A stretch of 64,000 nt of DNA from Pseudomonadales bacterium (GCA_019090455.1 JAHRWA010000054.1:4506-68505), one strand, 5' to 3'; shown: positions 34,758-44,729, numbered from the stretch's first letter. The notes: generated by a model from the sequence alone, not told the origin. Numbers and translations are program-made.

Positions 34758-37568
34758 TCAGTTAGTCGGTTTTCTAAAACTCGGTTTTTTAAATTCCTGT
34801 GTAGCCTCTAGAGTTTCCGGTATTTCGCGAAGTAGATATACAATAGAATTCTTATCCTCTTCGGATAGCTGCGGTAAATGATGGGATATAAACTCTAATA
34901 GCGCACCATATCGACTAAATCCAATGTTGCCCGTGATAGATATGGCCTCATGAGCCAGTCGTTGTACTGCGGCATCGTCGTTATTATTGTTCGAAATTTC
35001 TATTCGATTAATTAATTGCACTAAAGACTGGTATGAATTAGCAACGAATTCATCTCGTTTAATTGATGATTCAAATACCTTGTCCAAGTGACTGATTTGT
35101 ATTTTGTCACTTTTTTTAGTGCTGTTATGATGTGGTTCGCTTTGGAAATGTTGAATCCAATGGTTTATTTTTTTATGCAGTTCAACAAAATTAACGGGCT
35201 TATTGATAAAATCATTCATACCGGAAGATCGGCTTTGGTGTTCGTCCAGTTCAGTGGTGGCGGCTGAAAGTGCAATTATCGATAGCTGCTCATAACCTAA
35301 TTTTCTAATTTGTTCTGTGGCTTCATATCCGTCCATTATTGGCATTTGAACATCCATAAGAATCACATCATAGTCATTCAATAGTACTTTGCAAATCGCT
35401 TCGATGCCATTTCTGGCTGAATCGATAAGGGTGACTTTGTTTGTGAGATAGTTGGTCATAAACTCAATGTTTAACTCAGAATCATCAACTAATAGTATTC
35501 TCGATTGTTCTGGAATGACTTCAGTATCTTGAGAAAGAACAATGTTAGCGTTGATTTCATATTCGGATGTTTCAGATGTTGAAATACTGAAAGGTAGGGT
35601 CACAGTAAATGTACTTCCCTGGCCCGGTTTACTTCTTGCTGTAATGGTTCCTTTCATTAACTTTACAAGGCTGCTAGAAATGCTAAGTCCCAATCCCGTC
35701 CCCTCGTATTGACGAGTGCTGGATACATCCGCTTGTTCAAATGGCAGAAATAAGCGTTCTATTCTTTTGGAGTCTATTCCAATGCCACTGTCACTGACTT
35801 TGAAACTAAAAATGATAGAGCCGTCACCTTTAGAAGGTAAGTGGGTTTCTTCATTGACTACGATGGAGATAAATCCTTGCTGAGTGAATTTAAAGGCATT
35901 GCCAATTAAATTGACCAGAATGCGAAATAGGTTGTGTGGGTCACCAAGAAGATAGCAAGAAGTCGTCTTGTCCTCGATGGTAAAATTGATTGCTTTATCT
36001 GATGCGGGGAAATATTGAATGAGTCGCTGCCTTATGTCAGCAATGCGAAAGACTTCATTCTTTAATTGAAATCGGCCGTAATCCATTTTAGAAAAATCTA
36101 AAATATTGTTAATGGTATTCAAAAGATAGGATGAGTTTTCAGCGACTTTGATAAGGTATTTATCTTTTTCAATCGGTGAGGCTTCACTAAGTGCTTGAGA
36201 TGAATAACCGATGACTCTGTTCATTGGGTCTCTTAGCTCGTGGCTCATGTTTGCCAGAAACTCACTTTTCACCTGCGCCGTTTTTTCAGCGAGGGCTTTT
36301 TCTTTTTCAATATTCTCAACCTGAGCTTTGGAATTGTTGATTTGTTCCGCGATACTCAATGACGCAAAAATGGCTTGCCATGCAATCCCAATTTTAATGA
36401 GTTTAAAAGAGAATAGGGGATCGATGAAATATTCAAACCATGACGCGCCGAAAACAACACCGAAAACCAGCGGCAATGACCAGCCTATTACAAATAAACG
36501 TAATTGGGCTAGCTTAAGCTTCTCATAGCTAAAGAACATATAAACGGTAAAGAATCCAAGGTAGGTCGCGAAGAAGAAAAATACAATAATGAAGCTATAC
36601 CGAGGCTCTAATAAGCCGATGAAAGGCGTGCACAGAGTGTGAAAATTGAGAAGAATTATGAAGAATCGATGAGGCTTTGGGAAATTGATTTTGCTATTGG
36701 TCATTATCAAGGCGTGACGCATAGCCAGATTAAATTGTAGGTTAGGAAAAACAATGAGGAAGTAGTATTGGTGGAGGGAGAATTCAAAATAGCGTGTAAT
36801 GTAATTGTCGTAGACGGAGAATCCAATAATGGCAAAAAGCAAATAGCCACAGTAAAGCATGTAGGATCTATCTCGTATCCTAAGCAATAATAAGAAACTA
36901 TAAATTAAAAAGGCGATTGCTGTGCCATAAAAAAAACCGTCGAACATCACGCTGCTTTGCGCTAATTTAAAAAACTCCGCTCTATTCGTTATATTGAGTG
37001 CAAGCTGAAGCGGTAATCCGGGCCCATTATTGATACTCAAATAATAGGTAGAAATCGATTCCGGGCCTGGTACTAAATCAAAATTGAGTAGATTGCTGTG
37101 GTAGACCTTTTCGTCCCAGGCCTTTAATAGGCAAATGTGCTTTTTCCTATATCCATTCGGTGTCGGTGAATAGAGGGCTATGTCGTAGGTGAAGGGAAAT
37201 AACTGCGATAAATAGAATTGAGTACCTTCATCAGTATTCGAGAAATCAACGCTGAATTTAATCCAATGCTGTTTTTTCGAATAGACTAAGTTGAGTACAT
37301 TATCGTCTATGGGTTTAAATTGAGAATCTAGCTCGGCCATGTCTTCAATTGAGATCGTATGGTCGGGATCCTCGAGAATAGAACTAAACTGATTAATATT
37401 GAGTTGAGATAAGCCGCTTGCGATAACGATGTCACCAGATTGGTCGGCATATGAGTTTATTTGGGACTTTGAAATCAAGAATACGCTTAATATGGTGAAG
37501 GCAAATAGTAGATAAACAGCATAGATCGATAATCTATCTTCTTTTAGAAATTGGCTATGATTATTCAT
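34758..37568 (-). CDS. Hybrid sensor histidine kinase with a 7TMR-DISM-type sensor, HisKA/HATPase, receiver and HPt domains
   Basis: 936 aa. Extracytoplasmic domain plus ~7 TM helices, H-box MSHELRDPMNRVIGY, G-box GTGLGLSISSSLVKLMKG, REC ILLVDDSELN...ILMDVQMPIMDGYEAT, and C-terminal HPt-like LAHEAISITGNIG. Confidence 0.85.
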   Translation of the reverse strand: MNNHSQFLKEDRLSIYAVYLLFAFTILSVFLISKSQINSYADQSGDIVIASGLSQLNINQFSSILEDPDHTISIEDMAELDSQFKPIDDNVLNLVYSKKQHWIKFSVDFSNTDEGTQFYLSQLFPFTYDIALYSPTPNGYRKKHICLLKAWDEKVYHSNLLNFDLVPGPESISTYYLSINNGPGLPLQLALNITNRAEFFKLAQSSVMFDGFFYGTAIAFLIYSFLLLLRIRDRSYMLYCGYLLFAIIGFSVYDNYITRYFEFSLHQYYFLIVFPNLQFNLAMRHALIMTNSKINFPKPHRFFIILLNFHTLCTPFIGLLEPRYSFIIVFFFFATYLGFFTVYMFFSYEKLKLAQLRLFVIGWSLPLVFGVVFGASWFEYFIDPLFSFKLIKIGIAWQAIFASLSIAEQINNSKAQVENIEKEKALAEKTAQVKSEFLANMSHELRDPMNRVIGYSSQALSEASPIEKDKYLIKVAENSSYLLNTINNILDFSKMDYGRFQLKNEVFRIADIRQRLIQYFPASDKAINFTIEDKTTSCYLLGDPHNLFRILVNLIGNAFKFTQQGFISIVVNEETHLPSKGDGSIIFSFKVSDSGIGIDSKRIERLFLPFEQADVSSTRQYEGTGLGLSISSSLVKLMKGTITARSKPGQGSTFTVTLPFSISTSETSEYEINANIVLSQDTEVIPEQSRILLVDDSELNIEFMTNYLTNKVTLIDSARNGIEAICKVLLNDYDVILMDVQMPIMDGYEATEQIRKLGYEQLSIIALSAATTELDEHQSRSSGMNDFINKPVNFVELHKKINHWIQHFQSEPHHNSTKKSDKIQISHLDKVFESSIKRDEFVANSYQSLVQLINRIEISNNNNDDAAVQRLAHEAISITGNIGFSRYGALLEFISHHLPQLSEEDKNSIVYLLREIPETLEATQEFKKPSFRKPTN

Positions 37569-37866
37569 AATTAACGGGGCTAGAGAAATCTCGATTATTT
37601 ACGTTGTAGTAGGATTTTTACTCAAAAAAATGTTGATATTAGTGTAGTTGTACTAATCTGGAAAGTGAATAATCCATTAACAACAAGCGATTGGCAGCTT
37701 AATAGCATCTTCTTTCCAGCCTCTTTAAAAGTCTCTTTCATATACTGGGTATTCTAAAACGGAATGACCGTATTCTGTATCATGTGGCTCAAATTGGACT
37801 CAAAACCTATGGGGTGATAACGAATTAGCGTATATCTAATACATAACGTATTACGCTGACGACGTT

Positions 37867-37891
37867 GGCCGGCAAAAGCCGGTTTTTTTTT
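37867..37891 (+). terminator. Rho-independent terminator with no upstream + strand gene (orphan)
   Basis: GGCCGGC-AAAA-GCCGG followed by nine T (37883-37891). The nearest upstream gene is on the opposite strand and diverges from this region. Confidence 0.6.
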
Positions 37892-37981
37892 CAATAGAGA
37901 TTGACCTATCTGTTTCTAACTAGTTGGTCATTTTTGGGAATGGGCAGATTGCCAGATGTTGTGAATTTAGGAGAGAGTGAA

Positions 37982-38338
37982 ATGGAGTCTTTACAAAGCG
38001 ACCAGGATATCCGAGGCATTATTAGCCACAATATACAACAGTTGGAAAGAAACCCTGCTGATATTGATACCTGTTGTGATACGGCAGAACTACTTGTTCA
38101 GTTGGATCGGGTTGATACCGCCATTGAGGTGGTTAACAATTGCCTTACTATCAATAGGGGAGACCCATGGTTACGGTTTAGATTAGCAGGGCTTTATCTA
38201 AGCAAAGGGCTGCAATCTGAAGTATCGAAAATTGTGGAGCAATTTAAAGCTGAAAATATTGATACTCCGGCATTGAGAAAACTACGTATTGAATTGCAAA
38301 AAATGCGCCGAAGAGAATCCATGCTTAGGTTAGTTTAA
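37982..38338 (+). CDS. Hypothetical small helical (TPR-like) protein
   Basis: 118 aa from ATG 37982 (RBS GGAGAGAG). Helical repeat-like sequence with no recognisable catalytic motif. Confidence 0.45.
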   Translation: MESLQSDQDIRGIISHNIQQLERNPADIDTCCDTAELLVQLDRVDTAIEVVNNCLTINRGDPWLRFRLAGLYLSKGLQSEVSKIVEQFKAENIDTPALRKLRIELQKMRRRESMLRLV

Positions 38339-38459
38339 TCGTAGACTTTTCGAATCAAACGCTCGCTCGAAACCCCTTCTTTCACACCATTATGTTACAA
38401 AGCAAACTAATGATAGGATTAGTTTGCTCGATTTTTTGTAGTCGTTATAGCGTAGATTT

Positions 38460-39803
38460 TTACTCCGTATTTCCTATTATTTCTTCGCAGTCAGCACTTC
38501 CAATCATCGGGTCAGAGTAGCTTGGAGCCGGTCCCGATTTGAGGTGATAATCTAAAAAGCTAAACACATTTAATACAGTTTTTTCTATATTTCCCCCAGC
38601 GAAATGTTGTTTAACATTGCGATAATCGATATAAGATAAATGCCCACCTGTTGGGTAAAGAAGGAAGGTCGCGTCGGTGCCTCCCGCCGCTTCAATCGCT
38701 AATTTTAGCTCACACCCTTGAGAGGTTGGTACTAGAAAATCCTCTTCACTGTTAAGAATCAAAAAAGGTTTGGCAGCTGATTCGGCGTCAACGAAATAGA
38801 CCGGAGAAGCTTGTTTTATAGTAAGGTTTTCTTCTCCTTCTATGGGTACTTCACCTAAGAGCCCCTCTAGTGTATCAGCGGCGACTTGAGTGGGGTTGTC
38901 GAAATAAACCGATTCCAGATTATGTACTCCCGCCATGCTAACCACTGCTTGCACGCTATCGTTAATGTCTATATTCCCGCCTTCTATTAACTGTACGTCG
39001 CCGTTATTAAACCCGTCAATGACAGCTTGCTTAACCGGATCGTTAGATGAGTCAGTGACACCTAACATAGCAGCTAAATGCCCGCCTGCTGAGTGTCCGA
39101 CTGCGGCGATGGCGGCAGGGTTTATATTCAGGGTCGATGCATTAGACCTTAGCCAACGTACTGCACATTTCACATCTTGAATGTGCCCTGGCCAAACGAT
39201 CTGGCCTTCGATGTTTAACCGGTAGCTGACTGAGACAGCAACGTATCCCCTGGTAGTGGCTTCAGGCAGGTATTTATAAAGCTCAGTGTAGTCGCCCCCG
39301 GACCAGCCACCGCCGTGAATGAAGACTACAGCGGGATAATTGCCGTTGGGAAAGTTTGTAGGGTTTGGGACCTGAATATCCAGTTCAACTGCGTACGGGG
39401 ACTCTAAATTGTCGTTGCCCGTGCAGTATTCGCGTAGGACGACTACATCTACATCTGTTTCAGTGATAGTTGTATCGTTACCCGTGAAATTTGCAGTGTA
39501 GCTTGATGTATATTTCGGTGTGAACAATATGCTATTTGTCTGTGTATCCACAGTACCGATGTTAGGTTGGATGTTAATGCTGGCGAGAGCGCCTGTTTGT
39601 TCCTCTATTTTCAATAAATCCCATCCTAACCGCGCATCATCTCCGATATGTATTTCAACGTATTCGTTTTGTACCCCCGGCTTATCTGTTGTCTCGGCCC
39701 AAAAGAGAGGGGTACCACAACCGGTAAGGGCCGTTAGGGATATGAAAATGGGTGTATAGGATAGCTTGAATAAGTTTCTCGTTTTTGTTTTTGTTCGACT
39801 CAT
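38460..39803 (-). CDS. Lipoprotein alpha/beta-hydrolase (HSL/family IV-type carboxylesterase) with an N-terminal extra domain
   Basis: Probable start is the Met of MSRTKTKTRNLFKL. Lipobox LTALTGC, oxyanion motif FIHGGGWSGGD, nucleophile elbow GHSAGGH, and a late His in YPTGGHLSY. Paralogue of 46338-47669. Confidence 0.8.
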   Translation of the reverse strand: MSRTKTKTRNLFKLSYTPIFISLTALTGCGTPLFWAETTDKPGVQNEYVEIHIGDDARLGWDLLKIEEQTGALASINIQPNIGTVDTQTNSILFTPKYTSSYTANFTGNDTTITETDVDVVVLREYCTGNDNLESPYAVELDIQVPNPTNFPNGNYPAVVFIHGGGWSGGDYTELYKYLPEATTRGYVAVSVSYRLNIEGQIVWPGHIQDVKCAVRWLRSNASTLNINPAAIAAVGHSAGGHLAAMLGVTDSSNDPVKQAVIDGFNNGDVQLIEGGNIDINDSVQAVVSMAGVHNLESVYFDNPTQVAADTLEGLLGEVPIEGEENLTIKQASPVYFVDAESAAKPFLILNSEEDFLVPTSQGCELKLAIEAAGGTDATFLLYPTGGHLSYIDYRNVKQHFAGGNIEKTVLNVFSFLDYHLKSGPAPSYSDPMIGSADCEEIIGNTE

Positions 39804-40033
39804 TTTTTCTGGCCTTCTATTTAAAGGGACATCTGTGTGAGAATATGCATCGCAATTCGTCCAATGCACTCAGGTTTTAAAATCGATCTTTATTAACGCC
39901 TAGGTTGGTAGGCGAAAAATATTTCTCATTATCCCATTAGAATGAGAAACGTCCAGAAAAAAATACAGAGAAAGCCGACTAATATCCCATTTGGGGTCTA
40001 GTATTCTTAATAGGGGAATGGAATCAATTATGG

Positions 40034-40903
40034 TTACTGAAGCTGAGATGCATTAGTACGTAACTTCTCGATTTTAGTGCGTATTGAGGGCGCAAAACTC
40101 ACATCAGGAGCGACAGACAAGAAATGCTCTAACTGGGATATCGCACTTTGAAAGCATTCCAATTGCTCTAATATAAGGCCTCGATCCAGTACGTCTTGGA
40201 GACTCTCAGGCTCGAGTAATAGGCGTCGTTCGCAATAAGTCAGGCTTTCAGTAAAATTTTGATGTGACAGATAATGTAGTTTTAAATTATTTAAAATGCG
40301 TAGGATAATTTCTTTGTTGCTTGCCGCTTTTAGGTAATGCTCTAAACGTTCCGCAGGCTCACCTGCATTGCGAAGTAAGGTGATACAGTCTCGGCGGGAA
40401 TTGATTTTCCCGTGAAATGGGTCAATGATGATCTCGCGTTCACCTATAATCTTTATCAGAAAATGGCCTGGAAAACTGATTCCTTTTACTTTTAAGCCAA
40501 GTGCATGCCCAACGCCCATATAGATAATCGCGATGGAAATGGGTATTCCTTTATGTGATTCGAGAACCTTGTCCAGAAAACTATTATCTGGATTATCATA
40601 ATCATCGGCATTGCCTTTGAAGCCTTGGTTTTGATAAAGGTATTTGCATAATTCAGCGGCAATCTCTTCTATAGGAGCATTAGTATGAACACAGAATCGT
40701 GCCCCTTCTGCTAGACGTGTGATCTGTGACCGGCAAGAAGGAATGTCAATTGTTGGATTGTGCTCACCGGCGATGAGTAGTGTGGCTTCAATTAAATCAA
40801 TTTCACTTTCTTTGCGAGACATCTCATTAATAAAGCGTTGACGGTAGTCTTCAGTACTCAACATGATCACCTCATTACTTTTTGTGTCAAATGTAGGGTC
40901 CAC
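40034..40903 (-). CDS. SirB1/YchA-like protein (transglutaminase-like N-domain + TPR-like C-domain)
   Basis: 289 aa. The layout and motifs (IDLIEATLLIAGEHNP..., GIPISIAIIYMGVGHALGL, PGHFLIK) match my memory of the UPF0162/SirB1 family. Confidence 0.65.
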   Translation of the reverse strand: MDPTFDTKSNEVIMLSTEDYRQRFINEMSRKESEIDLIEATLLIAGEHNPTIDIPSCRSQITRLAEGARFCVHTNAPIEEIAAELCKYLYQNQGFKGNADDYDNPDNSFLDKVLESHKGIPISIAIIYMGVGHALGLKVKGISFPGHFLIKIIGEREIIIDPFHGKINSRRDCITLLRNAGEPAERLEHYLKAASNKEIILRILNNLKLHYLSHQNFTESLTYCERRLLLEPESLQDVLDRGLILEQLECFQSAISQLEHFLSVAPDVSFAPSIRTKIEKLRTNASQLQ

Positions 40904-41126
40904 TTCATGAAGTCATCTTACCGCTGAGAAAAATTCTACGCAATCAGCCTTCTAGCTCTAAGAGAGGGTGGATTGATATTAGTAGGTCATGATAGGGAAG
41001 GGTCCACTTAGCGGGTGGTTAACAATTGAGTAGAATTAGAAACCAGTAATGGATACTATTGGTGCCCCACACAAGAGTGGACAAAAACAATAGAGATGTA
41101 TCACTATCAAATAACTGGAGTTAGAT

Positions 41127-41534
41127 ATGAGTAATACTGCAATTGCCCTGCTAGGCTTTACTTCTTGGACATTATTTCTGGTCTTTAGTATTGCATCGTT
41201 GAGGGGATTTTGGAGTCTCAAAGGCGGGCATGCTTTGAATGCATTCTCTCCCGACGGGTCTGATGTTTCGCCGTTTTCTAATCGTATCTGTCGAGCTCAT
41301 GCCAATTGTCTTGAAAATTTACCTGTATTTGCTGCGATTGCGCTTTATGCCTTAGCAACTGATCAGACTGCCATAACAGATCCATTGGCGCTTTATGTGT
41401 TAGCGGCAAGAGTGGGTCAAAGTACAGTTCACATGATTAGCACAACAGTACCTGCGGTATTGGTTCGGGCGAATTTGTTTGTTGTTCAGGTTGTTATTAT
41501 GGGTTGGTTGTTATTTCAATTGGCGACTAGTTGA
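41127..41534 (+). CDS. MAPEG-family membrane protein
   Basis: 135 aa with 3-4 TM helices. NRICRAHANCLENLPVFAAI matches the MAPEG R-x-H-x-N-x-x-E-N motif. Confidence 0.72.
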   Translation: MSNTAIALLGFTSWTLFLVFSIASLRGFWSLKGGHALNAFSPDGSDVSPFSNRICRAHANCLENLPVFAAIALYALATDQTAITDPLALYVLAARVGQSTVHMISTTVPAVLVRANLFVVQVVIMGWLLFQLATS

Positions 41535-41560
41535 CGCATTAGAGAACGAATGAAGGGAAG

Positions 41561-41592
41561 CAGGCAACTAGTTCTTGTTGCCTGTTTTTTTT
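41561..41592 (+). terminator. Rho-independent terminator after the MAPEG gene
   Basis: CAGGCAAC (41561-41568), loop TAGTTCTT, GTTGCCTG (41577-41584), then T8. Confidence 0.8.
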
Positions 41593-41611
41593 AAATCAAG
41601 GAGGCGGAGGG

Positions 41612-42061
41612 CTATTCAGATTCTACAGGCACGATTAGATCGTCGCGACTGCGGGTATTGCCGCGAAATATGACAACAGTCTTACCATCCTGGTTCTTAA
41701 CTTCTGCATCGTAAATCCCGCTTCGCTTTTGTGAAAATATTTGCTTACATTCCACTGTTAACTTATCGCCGATGAGTGCTGGGCTGACGTAATCAATGGT
41801 GCAGTTCACCCCAAATGTCACGCGATTGTGCATGCTGCAAGCCATACCAAAGGCGGTATCACAAAAAGTAAATGTGACTCCGCCGTGACAAACTCCATGA
41901 ATGTTACACATGTTTTCATCAATGATCATCGATAAACGACTGTAGCCAACGTCTAACGCTTCAACCTGAAAGTTAAATAACTCACTAATTTTTTCTTTTT
42001 TAGAGAGCATATCCCTTAGTTTTTCTAAAGTGGCATCAGAAATATTGTGGTCGCTGTTCAT
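41612..42061 (-). CDS. PaaI/hotdog-fold acyl-CoA thioesterase
   Basis: 149 aa. NIHGVCHGGVTFTFCDTAFGMA is the PaaI-type thioesterase motif. Confidence 0.8.
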   Translation of the reverse strand: MNSDHNISDATLEKLRDMLSKKEKISELFNFQVEALDVGYSRLSMIIDENMCNIHGVCHGGVTFTFCDTAFGMACSMHNRVTFGVNCTIDYVSPALIGDKLTVECKQIFSQKRSGIYDAEVKNQDGKTVVIFRGNTRSRDDLIVPVESE

Positions 42062-42384
42062 AGGTTTCTAGTCCTGTTACTACTCATCGTATCTGTACTA
42101 GGTGGGCCCCAGGGAACGATAAGCATAATGAAGTCGGAATGAATAAATAGGGTAACGTAATGTTACTTGAGTCACTGGTTGCGCTTACTAAGCCGATTGG
42201 ATCGGAGCTTGTTTTGGTAGCGGCGCTCGTTATACCATATTTGATTGTTCCAGTATCATAATGTTGTAGGAAAATTAGTCTTTTTGAAGCCACAACAGTT
42301 GAATTACAACAGTAGGGTTACAAGAGTAGGAATACAAAAGAAAGGTCGCAAATTTCTGACCGTAATAATAGGTGAGTTAATCAT

Positions 42385-43566
42385 ATGGATAAGAAGGAAG
42401 AGTTTAGAAAGGATGTTCGAGCATGGTTAGGTGACAATTGTCCGCCGAGCCTTTGCGACAAGGGAGTGGAATTCAGTGCGGGTTTATCGTTGAAGCACCG
42501 AAATGGAGACTCAAAAATATGGTTAGAGCGTATGGCCGCCAAAGGGTGGACTGCCCCGACTTGGCCAACTCAGTATGGTGGTGGAGGGCTCAGCTTTGCC
42601 GAGAATGCGATTCTGTTGAAAGAATTACGGCGAATCAATGCCCCAATCCCATTGGCAGGTATGGGATTAGTGATGATTGGCCCAACATTGCTTGAACTGG
42701 GTACTGAGGAACAAAAACAGTGCCACCTTCCAAAGATAACATCCGGTGAAGTGAGTTGGTGCCAGGGTTATAGTGAACCGAACGCGGGTTCTGACTTAGC
42801 CAATCTGCAAACCAAAGCAGAAGACAAAGGGGATCACTTCCTTATTAATGGTTCTAAGATTTGGACATCCGGGGCAATGCATGCTGATTGGATGTTTTGC
42901 TTAGTGAGAACCGATTTCAATGTTCAAAAACAAAAGGGAATTAGTTTTGTATTATTTCCCATGACTGATCCGGGTGTCACCCGAAAGCCGATAAAATTGA
43001 TCAGTGGTGATTCACTCTTTTGCCAAGTCTTTTTCGATGATGTGAAGGCGAAGAAAGAAGATTTAGTCGGCAAGTTAAATCAAGGCTGGACTGTGGGTAA
43101 ACGGCTTTTGGAATTTGAACGTTCCTCCATTGGTAGCGGTAGTATCGGAATAGGCTCTAGTGTCGGCGTTAATCTAGTTGATATCGCACAGCGATACCGA
43201 GGGGACGACGAGGGTAAAATTGAAGATCCACTTCTAAGAAATCAAGTTGTCCAGCACGAAATGAATTCTCGATCATTCAACGCCAGTACCCAGCGCCTGA
43301 TGGCGGAACTTAAAACGGGGAAAACACCCGGCTTCGCCACATCGGTGATGAAATATTATAGTTCTGAAATGACGCAGAAAAAATCAGAAATGATGGTCTC
43401 TATCCTCGGGCAGAACGGCTTGGGCCGAGAGGGTGATGAATTTAACACTCAAGAACTTGCCATTACAAAACGTTGGTTATTTGATAAAGCGTTTACGATT
43501 GCCGGTGGCAGTTCAGAAGTACAACTTAATATCATCGCAAAGAGAATCTTGGATTTGCCCGTATAA
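42385..43566 (+). CDS. Acyl-CoA dehydrogenase family protein (long member of pair 2)
   Basis: 393 aa. WCQGYSEPNAGSDLANL, INGSKIWTSGAMHADW, and C-terminal IAGGSSEVQLNIIAKRILDLP. Confidence 0.85.
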   Translation: MDKKEEFRKDVRAWLGDNCPPSLCDKGVEFSAGLSLKHRNGDSKIWLERMAAKGWTAPTWPTQYGGGGLSFAENAILLKELRRINAPIPLAGMGLVMIGPTLLELGTEEQKQCHLPKITSGEVSWCQGYSEPNAGSDLANLQTKAEDKGDHFLINGSKIWTSGAMHADWMFCLVRTDFNVQKQKGISFVLFPMTDPGVTRKPIKLISGDSLFCQVFFDDVKAKKEDLVGKLNQGWTVGKRLLEFERSSIGSGSIGIGSSVGVNLVDIAQRYRGDDEGKIEDPLLRNQVVQHEMNSRSFNASTQRLMAELKTGKTPGFATSVMKYYSSEMTQKKSEMMVSILGQNGLGREGDEFNTQELAITKRWLFDKAFTIAGGSSEVQLNIIAKRILDLPV

Positions 43567-43583
43567 TAAAAAGGAATGACACA

Positions 43584-44729
43584 ATGGCTTTAACGTTAAA
43601 CGAAGAGCAGCAATTACTCAGTGATTCTGCCAAAGATTTTTTCTCCAAGAGTATGCCCGTCAGCTTGCTAAGAGAATTGCGGGACAATGACAATGAACTC
43701 GGCTATTCCGAATCCCATTGGAAGGAAATGATCGAACTAGGCTGGGGCGGTATTGTCGTTCCTGAAGCCTTTGGTGGTTTGGATTTCGGCTATCAAGGTT
43801 TAGGTGTGGTGCTAGAAGAGGCAGGCCGAACATTGGCAGCATCTCCTTTATTTACCACTTGTGTTTTGGGTGGGGCTAGCCTTGCATTAGCAGGGAGCGA
43901 ACAACAAAAAAGTGAATTGTTACCCTTAATCGTTTCAGGTGAATTGTTGTTTGCCTTAGCTATCGAAGAGAGTGCGACCCACGGACCCAAGCGAACAAAA
44001 ACAAGTGCGATCAAAATAGACAAGGGTTATCGTATTACCGGCGACAAAACATTTGTGTTGGATGGCCATATTGCCAATAAGTTGGTTGTAGTAACGAGAA
44101 CATCAGGAGAGGCTGGTTCAGAGGAAGGGTTAACCTTATTTTTGGTGGATAGAGACAGTTCAGGAATTGAAATTACACAGCGCAAAATGGTAGACAGTCG
44201 TAACGCTTCTGATATCAGCTTCCGCGATGTTGAGGTGTCCAGTTCTGAAATGTTGGGTACGCTCGATCAGGGGTACAGTGTCTTAGATAATGTATTGAGT
44301 ATTGCTCAAATATGTTATGCATCTGAAATGTTAGGTAGCATGCAGGAGGCGTTTGAGCGTACCGTTGAGTACATCAAAACCCGTGTTCAATTTGATGTGC
44401 CCTTAGGTTCTTTTCAAGTATTGCAGCATCGAGCCGCAAAAATGTATGTCGAGATTGATCTTTGCAAATCAATTGTGATCGCTGCATTATCTGCGTTAGA
44501 TGACGATGCCAATGCGAATGAACTTGGCCAGCACGCTAGCTTGGTTAAAGCGAAAGTGACTGAAACATTTAATTTGGTTAGTAGTGAAGCGATACAAATG
44601 CATGGCGGCATTGGTATGACAGATGAAGAAGAGATTGGTTTTTTTCTCAAACGTGCTCGAGTTGCTGAACATACTTTAGGGGATATTCGGTATCACCAAA
44701 ATCGTTACGGCGACTTGATAGGAATATAG
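43584..44729 (+). CDS. Acyl-CoA dehydrogenase family protein (short member of pair 2)
   Basis: 381 aa. YIKTRVQFDVPLGSFQVLQHRAAKM and IQMHGGIGMTDEEEIGFFLKRAR. Starts 17 nt after its partner. Confidence 0.85.
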   Translation: MALTLNEEQQLLSDSAKDFFSKSMPVSLLRELRDNDNELGYSESHWKEMIELGWGGIVVPEAFGGLDFGYQGLGVVLEEAGRTLAASPLFTTCVLGGASLALAGSEQQKSELLPLIVSGELLFALAIEESATHGPKRTKTSAIKIDKGYRITGDKTFVLDGHIANKLVVVTRTSGEAGSEEGLTLFLVDRDSSGIEITQRKMVDSRNASDISFRDVEVSSSEMLGTLDQGYSVLDNVLSIAQICYASEMLGSMQEAFERTVEYIKTRVQFDVPLGSFQVLQHRAAKMYVEIDLCKSIVIAALSALDDDANANELGQHASLVKAKVTETFNLVSSEAIQMHGGIGMTDEEEIGFFLKRARVAEHTLGDIRYHQNRYGDLIGI

